The position numbers and the translations under genes are program-made. From Rubritepida sp. (lineage in GTDB: Bacteria > Pseudomonadota > Alphaproteobacteria > Acetobacterales > Acetobacteraceae): a stretch of 33,904 nt of DNA. Shown here piece by piece: positions 20,840-29,196 of the stretch; position 1 is the stretch's first letter, and every line of letters starts with the position of its first letter. The DNA lies in NCBI GenBank assembly GCA_014376425.1, contig JACMRO010000324.1, positions 1 through 33,904 on the forward strand. The letters run 5' to 3'. The notes under the pieces are model-generated. The model was not told where the DNA came from. It worked only from the letters and a program-made list of their open reading frames with translations, and did no database searches.

Positions 20840-21016
20840 TAAACCTCCCGATGGGTTGCCGTAACCGGCCCTGTCACCGCTTAAATCGTGACCTGATGGA
20901 TCGCCACCACGGGTTGAGCACGGCGCGTATGAAGAATTGTCTCAGGGGTAAACGCGCGGTGAAGCCGGATCGGTAACCTACCGGCGTATATCTTTTTCGC
21001 GGGCGCGCCGCGTCAA
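20840..21016 (-). promoter_or_regulatory. Putative sigma70 promoter and structured ~150-nt 5' leader of the CBS-BON/P-ATPase operon
   Basis: On the minus strand TTGACG-N18-GATATA is followed by several stems: GCCGG/CCGGC, GCGCGT/ACGCGC, GGTGG/CCATC, GTCAC/GTGAC, and GGTT/AACC next to the RBS. Confidence 0.45.
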
Positions 21017-21241
21017 TCACAGGCTTTCCGCGGCGCCGCCAACCATCTACCCGGATTGCGGGGCATTCAATCGGGTTCTCCCAGTCCCGCTTCGGTCGAA
21101 AACCCGGTCATCGTCTCGGGCGCGAACAGCGCGCGGCGCAGTTTTGGCGTGCTGGTGGTCCAGGCCGATTGGGCCGCGTGCAGCAGCGTGGGGTTGCGCG
21201 CGACCAACCGCTTCGCTCTGGCGCCAGTCCCGCAAAACCCG

Positions 21242-22471
21242 TCAGGCTGCTTTGGCGATTACGGTTTCGCGCGTGGGCAAGGAAAGCGTCAGGAGCCAGC
21301 AAATGGCAAGCATCAGGGCCGAGCCGACCAGGCAGGCGGTGAGACCGGCCCAGGCATAGAGCAGGCCGGAAAGCAGTGTGCCGGCGAAGCGCCCGGCCGC
21401 GTTGGCGGCGTAGTAAAAGCCCACATCCTCCGCAGCCTTTTCGCTGCCGGCGTAAGCCAGCACGAGGTAGGAATGGACCGAGGAGTTCACCGCGAAGGCG
21501 ACGCCGAACAGGCACAAGCCGATCGGTACCATGATGTCGGGCCTGGGCGCGCCGGCGACGATCAGGACCGCAAGGACAGCCGGGATGACGGCAAGCCCAA
21601 GCGACCAGAAGCGTGCCGCCGGCACCTCCGATGAGAGCCCATCGGCACTCTTGCGGATGACGGCCGGCGCGGCAGCCTGGATGACGCCGTAGCCGATGGT
21701 CCAGACTGCGAGGAAGCCGCCCACCATCGTGAAGGTCCAACCCGAAGCGTAGAGGAACACCGGCAGGCTGACGACGAACCAGACATCGCGCGCGCCGAAG
21801 AGGAACACGCGCGCGCCGGCCAGCAGGTTTACGCCGCGGTTCCTGGCGAATAATTCCTTGGCGGATTTCGACGCCTTCGCGCGCCCCATCAGAGGCGGCA
21901 GCGATAGCACGACCGCGACCAGTATCACGCCCAGCATGGCGGCCATGGCCCAGAGCGCGCCGCGGAAGCCCAGCGCCTCCAGCAGCAGCCCTCCGAGAAA
22001 GAAGCCCAGGCCTTTCATCGCGTTCTTGCTGCCGGTGAAGAAGGCCACCCAGCGGAACAGGCGGCCGGATGCGTCGCCCGCGGTAAGCTTGATGGCGGAT
22101 TTGCTCGCCGTCTTCGTCAAGTCCTTGGCGACGCCGCAAATCCCCTGCCCCAGCACCACCCAAGCCACCGACAGCGCCGCGTCCCAATCCGGCGACATGG
22201 CGGAGAGCAGCAGGAAGCCGAATATCTGCGTGGCCAGACCCACCGCCAGCATGCGCGCGATGCCGAAGCGCACCGCGAGCCAGCCGCCGATCAGATTGGC
22301 GCCGATCCCCGCCGCCTCGTAGAGCAGGAACAGCAACGCCAGGGTGAACGGGCTGTAGCCCAGGCGAAAGAAGTGCAGCAGCACCAGCATCCGCAATGCG
22401 CCGTCTGTCAGGGTGAACCCCCAATAGGCGGCGGTGACGATGGCGTAGTTGCGAGTGCCGGCGCTGCTCAT
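21242..22471 (-). CDS. arsJ: Organoarsenical efflux MFS transporter ArsJ
   Basis: NYAIVTAAYWGFTLTDGALRMLVLLHF, KDLTKTASKSAIK, TGSKNAMKGLGFF, LFGARDVWFVV, NSSVHSYL and VGFYYAANAAGR. It lies immediately downstream of gapdh. Confidence 0.93.
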   Translation of the reverse strand: MSSAGTRNYAIVTAAYWGFTLTDGALRMLVLLHFFRLGYSPFTLALLFLLYEAAGIGANLIGGWLAVRFGIARMLAVGLATQIFGFLLLSAMSPDWDAALSVAWVVLGQGICGVAKDLTKTASKSAIKLTAGDASGRLFRWVAFFTGSKNAMKGLGFFLGGLLLEALGFRGALWAMAAMLGVILVAVVLSLPPLMGRAKASKSAKELFARNRGVNLLAGARVFLFGARDVWFVVSLPVFLYASGWTFTMVGGFLAVWTIGYGVIQAAAPAVIRKSADGLSSEVPAARFWSLGLAVIPAVLAVLIVAGAPRPDIMVPIGLCLFGVAFAVNSSVHSYLVLAYAGSEKAAEDVGFYYAANAAGRFAGTLLSGLLYAWAGLTACLVGSALMLAICWLLTLSLPTRETVIAKAA

Positions 22472-22472
22472 C

Positions 22473-23516
22473 TCAGATCCCGACGCGCTCCATGTGGCAA
22501 GCCAGGTCCACCATGCGACAGGCATAACCCATCTCATTGTCGTACCAGGCGTACACCTTCAGGAGGGTGCCGTCGGTAACCATGGTGGAGAGCGCGTCGA
22601 CGATGGAACTGCGCGTATCGCGGGCATAATCCGCCGAGACGAGTGGCCGTTTCTCATAGCCCAGGATGCCGGCGAGCGGCCCGGTCGCAGCCTCGGCGAA
22701 TAGGGCGTTGACCTCCTCGGCCGTGGTCTCCCGCCGCATCTCGAAGACGCAGTCCGTGAGCGAGGCGTTCAGCACCGGGGCGCGCACGGCATGGCCGTTT
22801 AGCTTGCCCTTCAGTTCCGGATGGATCAGCGCGATCGCTGTCGCACTGCCGGTGGTCGTGGGCTGCAGGGACAGCATGGCCGAGCGCGCGCGGCGCAGAT
22901 CCTTGTGCGGCGCGTCCACGACGACGTTGGTGTTGGTGGGATTGTGGATTGTGGTGATCTGGCCGTGCCGGATGCCGATCGCCTCGTGCACCACCTTCAC
23001 CACGGGGGCCAGGCAGTTGGTGGTGCAGGAGGCGGCGGTGACGATGGCATGGCGCGCTGGGTCGTAGAGATGCTCGTTCACACCGACCACCACGTTCAGC
23101 ACGCTGTCGAACTTCACCGGTGCCGCGACCATGACGCGCTTGGCGCCGCGGTCGAGATGCCCCTGCAGGGCCTCGGGCGTGAGGAACTTGCCGGTGCAAT
23201 CCAGCACCAGATCGACACCCAGATCACCCCAGGGGATGTCCGCGGGCTTGGCCTGTTCCGAATAGCCCATGCGGTGGCCGCCAATGCGTATGGCGGCATC
23301 GCCTTCTGCCGCAATGTCCGCGCGCCAGCGGCCCTGCACGCTGTCGAATTCCAGCAGATGGGCAATCGCGGGGGCACCGCCCTTGATCTCGTTGAGGTGC
23401 ACGATGTCCAGCCGGTTGCCGGCCCGCGGGTCCTCTGCCTGGCGCTCCGCCGCACCCATCGCGGCCCGCAGCACGAGGCGCCCAATGCGGCCCATGCCGG
23501 AAATACCGACCCTCAT
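22473..23516 (-). CDS. gap: ArsJ-associated glyceraldehyde-3-phosphate dehydrogenase
   Basis: [33 protein letters not shown] (catalytic Cys), HKDLRRARS and WYDNE. Sits next to arsJ. Confidence 0.93.
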   Translation of the reverse strand: MRVGISGMGRIGRLVLRAAMGAAERQAEDPRAGNRLDIVHLNEIKGGAPAIAHLLEFDSVQGRWRADIAAEGDAAIRIGGHRMGYSEQAKPADIPWGDLGVDLVLDCTGKFLTPEALQGHLDRGAKRVMVAAPVKFDSVLNVVVGVNEHLYDPARHAIVTAASCTTNCLAPVVKVVHEAIGIRHGQITTIHNPTNTNVVVDAPHKDLRRARSAMLSLQPTTTGSATAIALIHPELKGKLNGHAVRAPVLNASLTDCVFEMRRETTAEEVNALFAEAATGPLAGILGYEKRPLVSADYARDTRSSIVDALSTMVTDGTLLKVYAWYDNEMGYACRMVDLACHMERVGI

Positions 23517-23544
23517 GCCATGGCCTCCATTCCCATCAAGCCGC

Positions 23545-24057
23545 TCACCGGATCACCACATGCGGATCGGCCAGTTCAACGATGCGCGCTTTCAGCGAAA
23601 TACGGTCCAGCGAGGCGACGGGCAGGCTGATGAAGGCCTCCAGCCGGCGGCGCAATCCGGCATAAACTTCGTTGAGCAGGGTTGCGCACTCGGCCGTGCT
23701 GCCACTGAATTTCGATGGGTCCGGCAGCGGCCAGGCACCGGTGACGGTCGTCGTGCCGAAATCAGGGCAGAACTGCCCCTGGATCGTGTCACAAAGGGTG
23801 ATCACGAAGTCCATCTTCGGCGCAAAAGGGCCGGATAGTTCGTTCCAGGATTTCGAGCGGTACTCCGAGATATCGTGGCCAAGCGTGTTCAGCAGGGCCA
23901 TCACTTCCGGCAGAGGTCCCTCGGGCCGGGGGTCGGAACCGGCGGACCAGCCCTCGAAACGCGGCCGGCCGATCCTGTCGAGGATCGCTTCCGCCATGAT
24001 CGAGCGGGCGGAATTATGCGTGCAGAGAAACAGCACGTTAAAGGCTGGTTGGGACAT
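23545..24057 (-). CDS. arsC: LMW-PTP-type arsenate reductase ArsC domain (can start at an internal ATG of the ArsR-ArsC fusion frame)
   Basis: [11 protein letters not shown]-loop, [11 protein letters not shown] Cys pair and WPLPDP. GGAG-N8-ATG at 24057. Confidence 0.85.
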   Translation of the reverse strand: MSQPAFNVLFLCTHNSARSIMAEAILDRIGRPRFEGWSAGSDPRPEGPLPEVMALLNTLGHDISEYRSKSWNELSGPFAPKMDFVITLCDTIQGQFCPDFGTTTVTGAWPLPDPSKFSGSTAECATLLNEVYAGLRRRLEAFISLPVASLDRISLKARIVELADPHVVIR

Positions 24058-24303
24058 GGTGTTTTTCTCCCGTGTGATGGTGTCGAGCATCCGGGCGAGG
24101 TCGCCGCAGCGGTCGGGTTCGCCGCCGCAGCAGGCCTCGGCCAGGAATGGGAGCAGGGCACGCAGACGCGCGAACTGCACCGCGTAGATCAGGCTGCGGC
24201 CCTGTCGCGTGGCAGCGATCAGCCCGGCCTGCTCCAGCGCCCGCAAATGGAAGGACAAGGTGGAGGACGGCACACCAAGTCGGGTCGCGACCTCTCCCGC
24301 CGC
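24058..24303 (-). pseudogene. arsR: 5'-truncated ArsR/SmtB repressor domain, in frame with ArsC
   Basis: AAGEVATRLGVPSSTLSFHLRALEQAGLIAATRQGRSLIY...EACCGGEPDRC (HTH plus C-terminal CC..C As site). The N-terminal helices, start codon and promoter are absent. Confidence 0.8.
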
Positions 24304-24480
24304 CGCCCACGACCAGCACGGACAGGCCCGCAAAGTCGGCGGCCAGCGATATCGGATGAATGGACCTGGACACCTTCGAAGCCCTCTCGGCCAGGGAACG
24401 CGGGATGAAGGGGTAGCGCCAGGTCCCAGTCCCGGCTCGGCGCAGCCGATCGCGTAGGTTCTCGATTTTACGATGCCCGG
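24299..24480 (-). pseudogene. Internal fragment of an ArsO-like flavin monooxygenase
   Basis: Reading across three 1-nt deletions gives [42 protein letters not shown], which contains the FMO motif FxGxxxHSxxYR and the start of the NADPH GxG motif. Confidence 0.75.
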
Positions 24481-24509
24481 CCCGATCCCGCCGTGTCCGA
24501 TGATGCCGT

Positions 24510-25730
24510 TCAGCGCCGCAGCGCCATCGGAATGAGCGGCAACACCAGTGCCGCGTTCACCAACGATGCGGCCAGCAGAACATAAAGCGTCCCCGAAGGC
24601 CCGAGCCCGGCCAGCAGCCAGGTTCCCAGCAGCGGCGCCACCGCGGTTGCCAGCAGCGTCGGCAATGCGAGGCGACCCATCAGGATCGCGTAACCTTCCC
24701 GTCCGAACATCGCCAGCGGCACGGTCCCGCGCGCGATCGAGCGGATGCCGCTGCCCATGCCGTAGAGGATGATGCCTGCAGCCGCGAGGCGACCATCGCC
24801 GGCCAATGCCAGGATGCCGATGGCCACCAATGCGGTGGATGCCACCAGGCTCCAGATCGGATGCGTTTTGCGGCCGAACACCATCTCCAGGATACGCCCG
24901 CCAACCTGGCTGGGCCCAATCAAAACGCCCAGACCGACGGCGGCTGCCAGGGTCAGCCCCTGCGCCTGCAGCAGGGCGGGTAACTGCACGGCGATTACCG
25001 TCATGGTCGCATAGGCCAGGGTGAAGCCCGCGGCGAGCAGCAGGAACGGGCCACGCTGGTCCGGGCGCAGACTGCTCCGGGGGGCTGCGCCGGCAAGGTT
25101 TGGCGCCGGTGTGCTGCGCGCCTCACGCGGCATGCCGAACAGATAGAGCGGCAGCACCACCACAATGTGAATGGCGGCGTAGGTCAGGCAGGTGCCGCGC
25201 CAACCGAGGGTTTCGGCCAGAATCGCGGTGAGCGGCCAGCAGACGGTGCTGGCGAAGCCGCCGAACAGCGTAACCTGGGTGATCGCCGGCCGCGCCGCCT
25301 CGCCATAGATCCGCCCGAGCGCCGAGAAAGCCGGATCGTAGAGGCCGGCGCCCATGCCGGCGCCGATGACCACCCAGGCGGCGATGAAAGCCGGCAGCGT
25401 CGGCGCCAGCCCCGCGCCGCACAGCCCCACGCCCATCAGCAGGGCGCTGGCAGCCAGCACCGGGCGGCCGCCATGCCCATCGATGAGGTGGCCGATGCGC
25501 GGCGAGATGATGCCCGAAACCAGCAGGCCCACGGAGAGGGCGCCGAACACCCAGGCGAGCGGCCATCCGGTATCGGTCACGATCGGGCCGGCCAGCAGCG
25601 ACAGCAGATAGTAGGTCGATCCCCAGGCGAGGATCTGAGCGACGCCGATCGCCGAGACCACCACCCAGCGCGGGCGCATGGATGCGGGTTCGCCCGTGCT
25701 GTCGCGCCTGAAGTCGCTGGCGCTGCTCAC
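24510..25730 (-). CDS. arsK: ArsK-like MFS efflux permease
   Basis: 12-TM MFS with IGVAQILAWGSTYY, GHLIDGHGGR, TLFGGFASTVCWP and IGPSQVGGR. The GTG start overlaps the upstream stop (GTGA). Located in the ars cluster after the ArsV-like gene. Confidence 0.75.
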   Translation of the reverse strand: MSSASDFRRDSTGEPASMRPRWVVVSAIGVAQILAWGSTYYLLSLLAGPIVTDTGWPLAWVFGALSVGLLVSGIISPRIGHLIDGHGGRPVLAASALLMGVGLCGAGLAPTLPAFIAAWVVIGAGMGAGLYDPAFSALGRIYGEAARPAITQVTLFGGFASTVCWPLTAILAETLGWRGTCLTYAAIHIVVVLPLYLFGMPREARSTPAPNLAGAAPRSSLRPDQRGPFLLLAAGFTLAYATMTVIAVQLPALLQAQGLTLAAAVGLGVLIGPSQVGGRILEMVFGRKTHPIWSLVASTALVAIGILALAGDGRLAAAGIILYGMGSGIRSIARGTVPLAMFGREGYAILMGRLALPTLLATAVAPLLGTWLLAGLGPSGTLYVLLAASLVNAALVLPLIPMALRR

Positions 25731-27119
25731 TCGGCCGGCTCAGCCGCGACCTGTGGCGGGTTCGCGCGGGATCCGCAGCATGGGGCCGGGGCGGCGAGTT
25801 CCGGCTGGGGTGCGGGGTGGCCAAGCTGCGGCGTCGCGGTGCGACAGGCTGGAGCGACCGCAGGGGCACGGTCGGTCCAGCATACACCGGTCTCGGGCAA
25901 CACCAGCTCGACGCGACGAGACGCTGCAACATCGCCTGCCAGAAGGCGGCGATAGAGCGCACCTGGTCATGGCCGGTCGCCAGTAGGAAGGTTGGCGCAC
26001 GGCCGTAGCTCTTCATGCCGGCGATATAAAAGCCTGCGTCGGGGTGCCGCAGTTCGGCCTCGCCATGCGGGCGCACGGTGCCGCAAGAATGCAGGTTGGG
26101 ATCGATCAGCGGTGCGAGCGCCGGCGTCGCCTCCACCGCGGGGTCCAGGCCAAGCCGCACCTCACGCAGGAAAGACAGGTCGGGCCTGAACCCGGTCGCG
26201 ACGATCATGCGGTCGGCCAGCACTGTCGTTGCACGCCCGTCCTGCCGCCCGGTGACGGACAGCATCCCATCCGCATCCGCGATCCGGTCGATCAGGAAGG
26301 GGGCCAGCGCCGTCACGACACCGCTTTCGACCAGCCTTTGCGCCCGGCCCCCGAGTTCGCCGCGCTGGGCGAGGCCGTCGCGCGCACCGCCGCCGAAGTT
26401 CACCGCGCCGAGGGGTCGGCGAAAGGCCCACAGGATGCGTGTGCCTGGTGCGGCCTGCGCCAGATCGCCAAGATTGAGCACGGCATTCATCGCCGAATGC
26501 CCGGCGCCGACGACGAGCGTGGTGCGGCCGGCATAGATGTGGCGCCCGGCGGAGAGCACGTCAGGGATGCCGTAGGCGATGCGGTCCGCCTGGGCGATTT
26601 CACCTGGCGCTGGCATGCCGTGGCTGCCCGCCGGGTTCGGCGCGTGCCAGGTGCCCGAGCAGTCGATAACTGCGCGTGCCTCGATCGCCTGGATGCCGCA
26701 GCAGGTTTCGACATGCAGGACAAAGCTGGCGGCGTCACGCGCTTCGCTGTCGTGAAGGCGGCTGAAATCGCGCCGCGCGACCCGATAACGCGTCTGCCCA
26801 TGCGGATGTGTGGGTGCATCGCGCTGCTTGCCGCCAGCGGGGCAAGGTAGCGATGCACCAGATCGTCGCCGGTCGGATAGGCGTCGGCTCCCGGCGCCAC
26901 CCAGCCCTCAGCTTCCAGCAGGACCCGGGCGGCAGCATCGATGTTGTAGCGCCAGGGGGAGAACATCCGCACATGTCCCCAGGCGCGAACCGCGTGGCCG
27001 ATCTCGGGACCGGTCTCAAGCACCAAAGGTTCCAGCCCGCGGGCCAGAAGCTGGGCGGCTGCCGCGAGCCCTATGGGCCCGGCGCCGATGATGACGATTG
27101 GAAGCGAGCTTGCAGTCAT
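25727..27119 (-). pseudogene. arsV: ArsV-like flavin-dependent monooxygenase (methylarsenite-oxidase type) with two 1-nt frameshifts
   Basis: IIGAGPIGLAAA, WGHVRMFSPW, DCSGTW, VVGAGHSA, ATGFRPD, LIDPNLHSCGTVRPHG, GMKSYGRAPTFLLATG and ELVLPETGVC…PCCG. Adding one base at ~26782 and one at ~25942 restores a 464-aa ORF ending at TGA 25727. Confidence 0.75.
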
Positions 27120-27128
27120 GGCGATGAT

Positions 27129-27153
27129 CTTTGACGCATCACTATTGAGGTAT
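27129..27153. promoter_or_regulatory. Degenerate second copy of the putative PadR operator, upstream of arsV
   Basis: CTTTGACGCATC-ACT-ATTGAGGTAT aligns with CCTTGATGCATC-GATC-ATCAAGGTAT, the reverse complement of 27621-27646. Confidence 0.55.
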
Positions 27154-27189
27154 GGAGGCGAACTGATGAGCGCGCGCGCCCCGTATCCA

Positions 27190-27609
27190 TCAGCAGCAAC
27201 CCCTGGCGGCCTTGGCGCGGTCGGCCTCCGCAAAGGCTCGGCCGGTGTCCTGGAGAGCGGAGGTGGCATCCATCCACGCACCCAGCGCTACCCGGAAGGC
27301 CGCGCGGCCAGCATCGGTCAATGCGTAGACGCGGCGCTGTCGGCCCTGCACGACCTCCTCGACAGCGGTGACGAAGCCTCCCGTCTCGAACTCCCGCAGC
27401 ACCGGATAGATGGTCCCCTCGGTCGGCGAGCAGCAGCCGCCCGTGGCGTGTTCCACGGCGCGGGCAACCTCGTAGCCGTGCATCGGCCCATCATGCAGAA
27501 CGCGCAGGATGAAGAATTTGGACAGCCCCATCTTGATCGTGCCGGCCCAGTAGTCGCGCGAGGCGTAATCCACACGGGGGGGCAGAGTGGTCGGGAGACT
27601 GCATGTCAT
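27190..27609 (-). CDS. padR: PadR-family transcriptional regulator with vicinal Cys pairs (putative arsenic sensor)
   Basis: ILRVLHDGPMHGYEVARAV…EGTIYPVLREFE.GG…RRVYALTDAGR winged HTH, with GGCCSP and a C-terminal RGCC. Confidence 0.88.
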   Translation of the reverse strand: MTCSLPTTLPPRVDYASRDYWAGTIKMGLSKFFILRVLHDGPMHGYEVARAVEHATGGCCSPTEGTIYPVLREFETGGFVTAVEEVVQGRQRRVYALTDAGRAAFRVALGAWMDATSALQDTGRAFAEADRAKAARGCC

Positions 27610-27623
27610 TGCGCAGATTTATA

Positions 27624-27646
27624 CCTTGATGATCGATGCATCAAGG
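27624..27646. promoter_or_regulatory. Putative PadR operator overlapping the padR promoter
   Basis: Perfect 8-7-8 inverted repeat CCTTGATG-atcgatg-CATCAAGG, 14 bp upstream of the padR ATG. It spans a TTGATG...TATAAA promoter-like pair on the minus strand. Confidence 0.7.
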
Positions 27647-27732
27647 CTAAAACCTAACCGCTATCCCGGTCCTCGCCAAAGCGGCCATCCCGACGAGGGG
27701 GAGCGCTCGCCCAAGCCAAAGCAGAGCGCTGG

Positions 27733-27750
27733 CTGTCATCGAACAATCTC
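27733..27750 (+). promoter_or_regulatory. Possible Pho box upstream of the phosphatase
   Basis: CTGTCAT-cgaa-CAATCTC: the first half-site is perfect, the second is weak, and the 11-bp spacing is correct. Confidence 0.35.
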
Positions 27751-27808
27751 TGGACATGGATGTTGGCCGGACTAACTGGACAAACGGGCCATATAGGGGA
27801 TCACCACC

Positions 27809-29127
27809 ATGAACCGACGCCAACTCTTCGGCTCCGCCACCGGCCTCGCGCTCGCCGCGCAGCTGGCTGTGCCCTCGGCAGGTGCGCAGGACCGCGCGCC
27901 GAACGTCATCTTCTTCCATCCCGATGGCTTTGGCGCGAACCACCGGAACGCGCTTCGCATGGTCGAAGTCGGTCCGGATGGGCGCCTGGAGTGGGATCGC
28001 CTGCCGCATACCGCGCTGTACTCCGGCCATATGAAGGACGGGCTGACTGGCACCTCGCATGGTGGCGCCACCACCCACGCCTTCGGTGTGCGCGTGCAGG
28101 CCGATAGCTTCGGCATGGATGGCACCACACCAATCCGCAGCCTCTCGGGCTTCGAGGGCTCCATCGCGCGTGAGGCGATGGCACGCGGGCGCTGTGTGGG
28201 CCTGGTGAATTCGGGCGCCGCCTATGAGCCGGGCACTGCCGCCTTTGTCGCCAGCACCGAGCGGCGCAATTCGCTGGCGGAAATTACTCGTCTTGTCGCT
28301 GAGAGCGGCGTGCAGGTAACCTCGCGGGCGGCGAACGCTGGTACCTGCCCCGTGGCGTGCAGGGCCGCCACGGCGAGGGTGCACGCGAGGACGGCCTGAA
28401 CCTGATCGATATGCTGCGCGCCCGGGGCTACACCCTCGTGTTCACGCGCGAGGAACTGGCGGCTGCGCCTGCCGGCACCGACCGACTTTGGGGCATCTTT
28501 GCCCACGACCACACGTTCCACGACAGGCCTGAGGAGACGTTGGCGCAACAGAACCTGCCCCACTATGTCCCATCTGCACCGACCATTGCCGAGATGAGCG
28601 AGGTGGCGCTTCGCATCCTCGCGCGCGCCCCACAGGGCTTCCTTCTGGTAGCCGAGGAGGAAGGCACCGACAATTTCGGCAACAACAACAACGCTGCCGG
28701 CAGCCTTGAGGCGGGCGCCCGCGCGGACATCGCAGTGGGCGTGTTTCGCCGCTTCGTCGCCGACAACCCGCACACGCTGATGCTAACCACCGCGGATTCT
28801 GACGCCGGCGGCCTGCAAGTGATCGGCCCGGGCCGCGGCCAGAACGTGATCAGGGAGGGCGTTAATCTGCCCGAGCGCGACCGCAACGGTGCGCCGCTCG
28901 ACGGTCAGCGCGGCACTGGTACGACTGCCTGGCTCTCTGCGCCCGACCGCAACGGAGTACGGCACCCCTTTGCGTTGGGCTGGGCCACGCTGGCGGACGT
29001 GAACGGGGCAATCATGGTGCGCGGCGTCGGCCGCAATGCTGAGCAGATCAGCCAGGCAGGCGTGATGGACAATGTGGACGTGTACCGCCTGATGTACCGT
29101 ACCCTTTTTGGCCGTGAAGCTTCGTGA
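27809..29127 (+). pseudogene. Tat-exported alkaline phosphatase family protein with one frameshift (~28319)
   Basis: MNRRQLF…AGA|Q twin-arginine signal, NVIFFHPDG, TSHGGATTHA, GLVNSG..EPGTAAF, [I]LAGGE, EEEGTDNFGN, TADSDAGG and MDNVDVY. Adding one base restores a 439-aa ORF. Confidence 0.85.
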
Positions 29128-29196
29128 GGTACCATCGGGCATCATGATGACTGAGCGGCAAATCCCCGGCCTCGTCGAACGGCCTTCGCGCATCGC

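Noticed and set aside
20880-20910. FixK/FNR box upstream of the CBS-BON gene
   Set aside because: There is no acceptable TTGAT-N4-ATCAA match.
24304-24333. ORF-track start MRACPCWSW as a Cys-rich ArsR N-terminus
   Set aside because: It is an off-frame reading of the monooxygenase relic, not part of ArsR.
25123-25940. C-terminal part of the 497-aa ORF 25123..26616
   Set aside because: This is out-of-frame read-through after the frameshift at ~25942. The real C-terminus is in another frame and ends at 25727.
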